From NCBI GenBank assembly GCA_045544155.1, contig JAZPYN010000009.1, forward strand, positions 5,940-69,939: a stretch of 64,000 nt of DNA, read 5' to 3'. The position numbers and the translations under genes are program-made. The notes under the pieces are model-generated. The model had not been told where the DNA came from, did not search any database, and saw nothing but the letters and a program-made list of their open reading frames with translations. Below, piece after piece: positions 48,045-55,251 of the stretch (position 1 is the first letter of the stretch; the number at the start of each line of letters is the position of its first letter). This stretch comes from Acutalibacteraceae bacterium (GTDB lineage Bacteria > Bacillota > Clostridia > Oscillospirales > Acutalibacteraceae).

Positions 48045-48307
48045 AGAAAAAGTATATTGCTCCCGAAAGCAGACTTTTTGCGATCAACCTGAGTGAAAGT
48101 ATTGCGGTTTCCGGCGGTACATCTGAAATTTCAGGCTCGGCCGTTATCCAGTTTACCGATGCTATGGACGGCTGCAGAACTTACTATTCCGGTATTCAGT
48201 CCGCTAAAGTTGAAACTACAGGTACCGGCTTTATTGATTATTATAACGAGCTTATGGGCTACGGCGCAGAGGCGTATTTTAACTGCTTCCGCTATAAGTT
48301 CGGATGA
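48041..48307 (+). CDS. 88-aa hypothetical peptide; candidate RiPP precursor/scaffold
   Basis: AAGGAG (48028-48033) lies 7 nt before the ATG, and ATGA overlaps occur at both ends. No TM segment or signal peptide. The sequence starts MKKKYIAPESRLFAINLSESIAVSGG, followed by a Gly/Tyr/Ser/Thr-rich region with 2 Cys. Confidence 0.6.
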   Translation: MKKKYIAPESRLFAINLSESIAVSGGTSEISGSAVIQFTDAMDGCRTYYSGIQSAKVETTGTGFIDYYNELMGYGAEAYFNCFRYKFG

Positions 48308-49074
48308 GGATCGGGCTGTGCGGTCTGCCGTTTGAGTGGCAGGCGGATAATACGGATTTTGTAAAAGATTTTGCCTCGGAAGATGAAGCAAGTCCGGTTA
48401 TGAAGCTAAGCTTTGCTGATGCTATGCCCGAGGGATACGGTATACAGTATGCCGATACGCCGACTTCACATCTTCTCAGACTGTCCGGCGGTGAGCTGCT
48501 GTGCGCCGCAGATGATTGGAGCGAGGCCACTGTTTATTTCGACAATGACAACAGTGAGTATGCCTTGCCGCTTGCAGCTGTGTGCTCAAGGCTTGCTTAT
48601 TTCGGCGGACTTCTTTTTCACGCTTCGTGTGTTGAGCTCGACGGTGAGGGTGTTGTGTTTGCAGGATTTTCGGGAGCAGGCAAAACAACTCAGGCAAGGC
48701 TGTGGAAAGAGTATCTCGGCGCAGAGATTATAAACGGAGACAAGGTGCTTGTGCGCTTGGCAGAAGGTGAAGTTTTGGCATACGGTCTTCCGTGGAAGGG
48801 CTCGTCTGAATACTGCCTGAACCGCAGGACAAGGTTAAAGGCGATAGTAATACCGATGCACTCTTCAGTAAATAAGATAACAAGGCTTGATACGCTCGGT
48901 ATAGTTGAGAAGCTTATGCCGCACGTTTTTCTCCCGCATTGGGACAAGCGTTGCCTTGAGCTTGCACTTTCTGCTTTTGACACACTGCAGACTGAGATAT
49001 CGGTATGGCTTCTTGAGTGCAGGCCCGATAAAGAGGCTGTGAAATTGACTTACGGTACGGTTTTTGACAAGTGA
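48304..49074 (+). CDS. HprK C-terminal-domain-like P-loop kinase
   Basis: 256-aa ORF. LFHASCVELDGEGVVFAGFSGAGKTT matches the HPr-kinase-like catalytic core pattern (HA..V...G.GVL..G.SG.GKS/T). Confidence 0.65.
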   Translation: MRIGLCGLPFEWQADNTDFVKDFASEDEASPVMKLSFADAMPEGYGIQYADTPTSHLLRLSGGELLCAADDWSEATVYFDNDNSEYALPLAAVCSRLAYFGGLLFHASCVELDGEGVVFAGFSGAGKTTQARLWKEYLGAEIINGDKVLVRLAEGEVLAYGLPWKGSSEYCLNRRTRLKAIVIPMHSSVNKITRLDTLGIVEKLMPHVFLPHWDKRCLELALSAFDTLQTEISVWLLECRPDKEAVKLTYGTVFDK

Positions 49075-49523
49075 TGGAAAAATTAGTTTGTTCTGCATCT
49101 GACTTTACGCAGATGCTTGAGGATACCTTAAACGACGGTGCTGTTGTACCGCTTTGTGTTACCGGTACAAGTATGCGTCCGTTTCTGCTTGAGGGCAGGG
49201 ATACAGTGTGGCTGAGCCGCTGCTGCAGCGAAGATATAAAGCGTGGCAGTATAGTGCTTTTCAGACGCAGTGACGGAACGCTCGTGCTTCACAGGATACG
49301 CCGTGTAAAGTCTGACGGTGAACTGACAGTTAACGGTGATGCTCAGAGATGGTGCGAAGCTGTTGAGGCATCAAGGGTTATTGCTGTTGTGCGTTATATT
49401 GAGCGTAACGGCAGCAAAATAAACTGTTCAGGCGGCGGCTTCAGATTTCGCAGTGAAATATGGCAGATTTCCAAGCCCTGCAGACCCTTTTTGCTCAAGG
49501 TTTGGAGAAAGCTGACAAAATGA
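49074..49523 (+). CDS. S24/S26-family (signal-peptidase-like) serine peptidase with no TM segment
   Basis: 149-aa product from the ATG at 49074 (a GTG lies at 49071). Motifs GTSMRP (Ser box), RGSIVLF, VLHRIRRV (His in the position of ER/archaeal/SipW-type enzymes) and NGD. No hydrophobic run of 18 aa or more. Confidence 0.6.
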   Translation: MEKLVCSASDFTQMLEDTLNDGAVVPLCVTGTSMRPFLLEGRDTVWLSRCCSEDIKRGSIVLFRRSDGTLVLHRIRRVKSDGELTVNGDAQRWCEAVEASRVIAVVRYIERNGSKINCSGGGFRFRSEIWQISKPCRPFLLKVWRKLTK

Positions 49524-50686
49524 ATTGGAGTAACGGTATGGATGCTCTGAAAACCGAGGTGCTGATATCCTTAATATCGGGCGCGGTGCACGGCTGTGAG
49601 CCTGTATTGCCTGACGGATGTGAGTTGAGTGAAGATTTACTTCTTGAGCTGTACAATGTTTCAAGAAACCATGATGCAGCTCATCTTGTCGGTGCGGCGC
49701 TTGGCTATGTTGATTGCGTAACTGTACCGAGCATTTACGGAGACAGTACTTTTTTTGCGATATACCGATATGAAAATATGAGCTTTACGCTAAAGAATGT
49801 TTCAGCTGCTCTTGAATCGGCAGGTATACCGTTTATACCTCTTAAGGGTGCTGTTATTTCAGAGCTCTATCCCGAGCCGTGGATGAGGACGAGCTGTGAT
49901 ATCGATATCCTTGTGCACGAACAGGATACGGAACGCGCAGTTGATGAACTGACAGAGAAGCTCGGATTCAGTTTAGGTAAAAAGGGAAGACACGATGTGG
50001 TGCTTACATCAGCAGAAGGAATTTCGCTTGAGCTTCACTTTACCTTGCTTGAGGATGATGATTTCCGCGATGCATCGCAGGTGCTGTCCGAAGTATGGAG
50101 CTACGCTTTGCCCGTTAAAGAAGGCAGTTCTGAGCACAGGCTCAGCAGTGAGATGCTTTGCTTTTACCATATCGTGCATATGGCACGGCATTTTATTTGC
50201 GGCGGCTGCGGTATACGTCCGTTTCTTGATTTGTATTTGATAACTGATAAAAATACCGAAAGGTTGCCCTACGGTCTGCTGAAAAGGGCAGGTCTTGTTA
50301 AATTCGGTGAGAGCGTGACGAAACTCAGTAATGTGTGGTTCGGGAACGGCGAGCACGATGAGGTAACGCTTGAAATGCAGGAATTTATCATTGACGGCGG
50401 TAAATTCGGCTCGGGTGAAAGTCGCCTTGCCGCATGGGAAAGCGTTGCGGGCGGCAAGAAAAAATATGTTGCTTCACGTATATTTCTTCCGTACGACAAG
50501 CTCAAATATCAGTATCCCGTATTGGAAAAACACCGTTTTTTGACCCCTGCCTGCGAAATTTGTCGTTTGTTTTCACTTGTGGCAGGAAAAAAGAAAAAAG
50601 TGAGAAAAAAGCAATTTGACAGAATAAATAAGCTGTCTGAAGGCTATGCCGAAAAAACAGCGGCATTGTTTGAAAAAATATTTTGA
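49520..50686 (+). CDS. PF14907-like (NTP_transf_5) nucleotidyltransferase-fold protein
   Basis: I prefer the ATG at 49520, which overlaps the peptidase stop (ATGA); the track opens at 49460. PLKGAVISELYPEPWMRTSCDIDILV fits the family motif by eye. Confidence 0.6.
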   Translation: MNWSNGMDALKTEVLISLISGAVHGCEPVLPDGCELSEDLLLELYNVSRNHDAAHLVGAALGYVDCVTVPSIYGDSTFFAIYRYENMSFTLKNVSAALESAGIPFIPLKGAVISELYPEPWMRTSCDIDILVHEQDTERAVDELTEKLGFSLGKKGRHDVVLTSAEGISLELHFTLLEDDDFRDASQVLSEVWSYALPVKEGSSEHRLSSEMLCFYHIVHMARHFICGGCGIRPFLDLYLITDKNTERLPYGLLKRAGLVKFGESVTKLSNVWFGNGEHDEVTLEMQEFIIDGGKFGSGESRLAAWESVAGGKKKYVASRIFLPYDKLKYQYPVLEKHRFLTPACEICRLFSLVAGKKKKVRKKQFDRINKLSEGYAEKTAALFEKIF

Positions 50687-50723
50687 TAAAATCAAACTGT
50701 TGTGTAGAAAGAGCGATAGATAT

Positions 50724-51377
50724 ATGGATAAAAAGGTTCAGACCGGTAATCAAAGCGGATATCGTGTCATCAAAAGATTTTTTGATATAGTGCTGTCGTT
50801 TATCGGCATAGTTATACTGCTTGTGCCTATGTTGTTAATTATGCTGATAGTAGTTATTGATGATCCGGGCAGCCCAATATTTTCGCAGAAGCGTGTAGGC
50901 AGAAACGGTGAGCTGTTTAATGTTTACAAGCTGAGAACCATGAAAAAGCACACGCCGAAATACCTTGCGACCAAGGATGTGGATGACCCGGATAAGTATA
51001 TCACAAGAACTGGCAGGCTTCTGCGTAAGCTTTCGATAGACGAGCTGCCTCAGCTTTTCAATATACTCAAGGGTGATATGAGTATTGTGGGCCCGAGACC
51101 GCTCATCCCCGATGAAAAAGAGATACATATTCTTCGTGAGCAATGCGGTGTATACAGCCTACGCCCCGGTCTGACGGGTCTTGCACAAATAAACGGCAGA
51201 GATCTGGTGTCTGCGCAGAAAAAAGTGGCTTGGGATGAAAAGTATCTGAATAATATCAGCTTTAAAACAGATATAAAGATTCTTTTGGCAACGATTCCAA
51301 AGGCTCTTGGCGGTAAGGATGTTTCAGAAGCCTTTGACAGCACCGAAAAAGATGGAGCAACGGAAGGGAATAACTAA
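50724..51377 (+). CDS. Small (PglC/WcaJ C-domain-like) polyprenyl-phosphate phosphoglycosyltransferase
   Basis: 217-aa product from the ATG at 50724; the track opens inside the previous gene. One N-terminal hydrophobic helix, PIFSQKRVG, and DELPQLFNILKGDMSIVGPRP. Confidence 0.85.
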   Translation: MDKKVQTGNQSGYRVIKRFFDIVLSFIGIVILLVPMLLIMLIVVIDDPGSPIFSQKRVGRNGELFNVYKLRTMKKHTPKYLATKDVDDPDKYITRTGRLLRKLSIDELPQLFNILKGDMSIVGPRPLIPDEKEIHILREQCGVYSLRPGLTGLAQINGRDLVSAQKKVAWDEKYLNNISFKTDIKILLATIPKALGGKDVSEAFDSTEKDGATEGNN

Positions 51378-51402
51378 TAAAAAAAGAAAGAGCGGTGTTA
51401 CT

Positions 51403-52800
51403 GTGAGCAAGAAAAAGAATAGCCTCAAGGACAAAAATTTTGCTTGCATTACTATTATTAGATTTTGCAAATTAATTCACATACTTCTTAATATCGGAAT
51501 ATTTGCTGTTTGTCTTGACTTTTACAATTCAAGGTATAACGATTATGGCGTAGGCGATATTAGGTTTATGATATTTGTAGGTTTGTATACGTTAGTACTC
51601 TTGTTTTCTTTGAGAACATATAAAGCATATGATTTCGGTATGACAGATAACGGTATATTGATTTATTCGCAGGCACTTGCAGGATTAGTAACAAACATTG
51701 CATTTTATGTGGTGTTTGTTGTTGCAAACTCAAAAGTATTTAATCCTTTGCCGTTAGCAGGATTTTTCTTGATTCAGATTATTGCTGATTGTATTTGGAC
51801 CTGCATAGTAAACCAAATTTATTTCCGGCTTAATGCACCTAAAAAGTCAGTTGTTTTCTATCGTGCACAAGAGAATGTCAGCCATCTTGAAGAAGTTTAC
51901 AAGCGTGAGAAAAATTTTGAAATTACCGAAGTTGTAGAATGCACGGCGGATTGGGTTGAGCATATAAAAAACTGTGAGGTTGTTTTCTTGGTTGATCTGT
52001 CCAAAAGAGACCGCAATCAGATTTTTGAATATTGCATTAAAAATAACATTCAGTGCTATGCATCACCGCATATAGGTGACATTATTATGATGGGTGCAAC
52101 ACATCTTGATATGTTTAGTGTGCCTGTTTTTGAAATCTCAAGAGTAACATTAAATATTGAGTACCTGATTATCAAACGCATAGTAGATATTGTATTTTCT
52201 CTGTTTGGAATTGTTGTTCTCAGTCCTGTTATGGTTGTGACTGCGATTGCGATACGTATGTATGATAAGGGTCCGGCATTATATAAGCAGGTAAGACTTA
52301 CAAAAGATGGTAAGGAATTTAAAATACTTAAATTCCGAAGTATGCGTGTGAACGCGGAGAGTGACGGTGTTGCAAGACTTGCAACAAGCCACGATGATCG
52401 CATAACACCTATAGGTAAAATCATCCGTGCTTGTAGAATTGATGAGCTTCCTCAGCTTTTCAATATACTGAAAGGTGATATGTCGATTGTCGGTCCGCGT
52501 CCAGAGAGGCCTGAGATTGCAAAGCAATATCTTGAGGAACTTCCTGCATTTGATCTTCGTTTGCAGGTACAGGCAGGTCTTACGGGACTTGCACAGGTTT
52601 ACGGAAAATACAATACCGAACCGCTGGACAAGCTTCAAATGGACTTGATGTATATAAATAATATGTCAATACTCCAGGATTTTAAGCTTATAATGGCTAC
52701 TATAAAGGTTCTCTTTATGAAGGAAAGCACCCACGGAACCGCCGAAGGTCAGACTACGGCACTCGTAAAAAAAAATGAGAAGGATTTTGAAAACAAATGA
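51403..52800 (+). CDS. Large (WbaP/EpsB-like) polyprenyl glycosylphosphotransferase
   Basis: Multi-TM N-terminus, central nucleotide-binding-like domain and C-terminal DELPQLFNILKGDMSIVGPRPERP. The start is uncertain: GTG at 51403 is chosen, with an alternative ATG at 51352. Confidence 0.8.
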   Translation: MSKKKNSLKDKNFACITIIRFCKLIHILLNIGIFAVCLDFYNSRYNDYGVGDIRFMIFVGLYTLVLLFSLRTYKAYDFGMTDNGILIYSQALAGLVTNIAFYVVFVVANSKVFNPLPLAGFFLIQIIADCIWTCIVNQIYFRLNAPKKSVVFYRAQENVSHLEEVYKREKNFEITEVVECTADWVEHIKNCEVVFLVDLSKRDRNQIFEYCIKNNIQCYASPHIGDIIMMGATHLDMFSVPVFEISRVTLNIEYLIIKRIVDIVFSLFGIVVLSPVMVVTAIAIRMYDKGPALYKQVRLTKDGKEFKILKFRSMRVNAESDGVARLATSHDDRITPIGKIIRACRIDELPQLFNILKGDMSIVGPRPERPEIAKQYLEELPAFDLRLQVQAGLTGLAQVYGKYNTEPLDKLQMDLMYINNMSILQDFKLIMATIKVLFMKESTHGTAEGQTTALVKKNEKDFENK

Positions 52801-53990
52801 AAATTCTTATCCACACAGATGAATATTATCCTACTTGTGCAGCATGTGCATACAGGATTAAGTCTTTTGCAGATACTTTTACAGATAACGGTAATGAGGT
52901 TACCGTTATTACAAGCTCTGCAAATAAGCACAACGGTAAACTCGAAGCTCATAGTGAAAGAATACTTTTTTCTCCTACTGTAAGGATGAAAAAGAAAACC
53001 ACATTAATGAGATTGCTCAATAATCTTAGTTTTGCGTTTACATCGGTGTTAACAGCATTCAGAGCGGGAAAAGCTGATGTCGTTATAACAACATCACCGC
53101 CTCCGCTTGTAAGCATATCCGGATGGTTGATTTCTAAAATCAAGCGTGCAAAACTGGTATATGATGTCCGCGATATCTGGCCTGATGTTGCTATTGAAAT
53201 GAATAGCTTCGGAGAAAATAGTTTCTACTGCAAACTGTTTACAGCAATAACATCTTTTATGTATAAGCATGCCGATATGGTAACCACAGTTTCTCCCGGC
53301 AAAGTTGAAAAAATCAAAGGTAAACTGCCGGCAGACGATGCGAATAAAACCATATTAGTGGGAAACGGTTTTGACGAGAATATTCTGAACAGCAAAACCG
53401 ATGAAGATATTATAAACAAATACGATCTTGACAGCGGCTTTACATGTGTTTATATCGGCAATATAGGTCTCGCACAGGGTCTTGATTCCATTCTTGAAAT
53501 TGCGGCTGAGACAAGGCATAAAGATGTCAGATTCCTTTTGTTTGGTACAGGTGCAGAAAAAGATTCACTTGAACAAGCGGCTAAGGAAGCAGGGCTTGAT
53601 AACGTGTCTTTCTGTGGAGTCATTCCTCATGACAAGGTGTACACGATACTTATCGGGGCTAAACTTAGTTTTATTCCACTCAAAAGCGCAAAGATGAAGG
53701 ACAGTATACCCACAAAAATATATGAAGCACTCGGTGTAGGCTGCCCTGTGTTCCTTGTAGCCGAAGGTGATGCATGCGATATTGTTAATGAAAGCTGTAT
53801 GGGATACTGTGTTTCGCCTGAACAAAACAGCAAGTTAATTGAAACATTTGACAGAATGGTTGATTTTTATGATGAAATATGCGTTAATCGTTTATTTGCT
53901 CAAAATTTGATAAAGAATAAGTATTCGCGTCGCTCTATTGCTGATGAGTTTGAAATGCAGTTAAAAAAATTGGTGAATGAAAAAGGGTGA
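52797..53990 (+). CDS. GT4-family (WbuB-like) glycosyltransferase
   Basis: 397-aa ORF with ATGA overlap to the previous gene. GT-B fold features include the E-x7-E region (PTKIYEALGVGCPV). Confidence 0.75.
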   Translation: MKILIHTDEYYPTCAACAYRIKSFADTFTDNGNEVTVITSSANKHNGKLEAHSERILFSPTVRMKKKTTLMRLLNNLSFAFTSVLTAFRAGKADVVITTSPPPLVSISGWLISKIKRAKLVYDVRDIWPDVAIEMNSFGENSFYCKLFTAITSFMYKHADMVTTVSPGKVEKIKGKLPADDANKTILVGNGFDENILNSKTDEDIINKYDLDSGFTCVYIGNIGLAQGLDSILEIAAETRHKDVRFLLFGTGAEKDSLEQAAKEAGLDNVSFCGVIPHDKVYTILIGAKLSFIPLKSAKMKDSIPTKIYEALGVGCPVFLVAEGDACDIVNESCMGYCVSPEQNSKLIETFDRMVDFYDEICVNRLFAQNLIKNKYSRRSIADEFEMQLKKLVNEKG

Positions 53991-53996
53991 ATATAT

Positions 53997-55223
53997 ATGG
54001 TAAATGTTATTGGTCTGGGTTACATAGGTCTTCCTACAGCGCTTATGATGGCGGCACACGGCGTAAAGGTTGTCGGAACTGATTATAATCCCGAGCTGGT
54101 TGCTACGCTTAAGAGCGGAAAGACTACATTTAAAGAGGATGGACTTGATGAGCTTTTTGCTGATGCGGTAAAGGGCGGAATTGAGTTTTCAACCGAGTAT
54201 CAGGTTACGGATACATACATTGTTTCTGTTCCGACTCCGTATGATAAGTTCTCAAAGAAAATAGATGCGTGCTATGTTATATCAGCTGTTCAGAGCGTAA
54301 TGGCTGTGTGTCCCAAGGGTGCGGTAGTTGTTATTGAATCAACTGTTTCCCCCGGTACTATTGACAAGTATGTGCGTCCTGCAATTGAGGCAAACGGATT
54401 TGAAATAGGAAAGGATATTCATCTTGTTCACGCTCCGGAGAGAATTATTCCCGGTAATATGATTTATGAGCTCCTTCACAACAACCGTACTGTTGGTGCA
54501 GACGACAGGTCAGTAGGTGAAAAGGTCAAAGAGCTGTATGCTTCCTTCTGTCAGGGCGAAATAGTAGTTACCGACATAAGAACAGCAGAAATGACAAAGG
54601 TCGTTGAGAATACATTCCGTGCGGTCAATATAGCCTTTGCAAACGAGCTTGCAAAGATATGTATGCACGATGATATGGATGTTTATGAAATAATAAGAAT
54701 ATGCAATATGCACCCGAGAGTAAATATCCTTCAGCCCGGTCCGGGTGTCGGAGGCCACTGTATCAGCGTTGACCCGTGGTTCCTTGTCGGTGATTATCCG
54801 GGGCTTACAAAGGTAATAGGGCAGGCTATGGCTGTTAACGACAGTATGCCGGAGTTTGTACTCGACAGAATACACGAGATAATGATTGAAAACCATATGA
54901 GTGATCTCAGCCGTGTCGGTCTCTACGGCCTTACATACAAAGAAAATGTTGACGATTGCAGAGAGTCACCGACTCTTCAGCTGCTTGAAAGTCAGAGCCG
55001 TCACCTTGCAGAGCCTCTTAAAACTTACGATCCGTATGTTACAGAGGAAATGGTTGAGCATCAATACTATGATTTTGATGAATTTATTGACAGCGTAGAT
55101 ATGGTTGTTGTAATGGTAGGCCACGATGAAATAAAGCAGAATCAGCACAAGCTTCATGGCAAAATTGTGCTTGATACACGCAAAGTCTGCTCACCCGATA
55201 TCGGTAAGGTTTACTATATCTGA
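53997..55223 (+). CDS. wecC: UDP-N-acetyl-D-mannosamine dehydrogenase (Cap5O/WecC-like)
   Basis: 408-aa ORF with N-terminal VIGLGYIGLPTA and the catalytic Cys region GGHCIS. It lies next to a UDP-GlcNAc 2-epimerase gene. Confidence 0.75.
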   Translation: MVNVIGLGYIGLPTALMMAAHGVKVVGTDYNPELVATLKSGKTTFKEDGLDELFADAVKGGIEFSTEYQVTDTYIVSVPTPYDKFSKKIDACYVISAVQSVMAVCPKGAVVVIESTVSPGTIDKYVRPAIEANGFEIGKDIHLVHAPERIIPGNMIYELLHNNRTVGADDRSVGEKVKELYASFCQGEIVVTDIRTAEMTKVVENTFRAVNIAFANELAKICMHDDMDVYEIIRICNMHPRVNILQPGPGVGGHCISVDPWFLVGDYPGLTKVIGQAMAVNDSMPEFVLDRIHEIMIENHMSDLSRVGLYGLTYKENVDDCRESPTLQLLESQSRHLAEPLKTYDPYVTEEMVEHQYYDFDEFIDSVDMVVVMVGHDEIKQNQHKLHGKIVLDTRKVCSPDIGKVYYI

Positions 55224-55251
55224 AGAAAATTATAATTTCTGAGGTCTTTCA

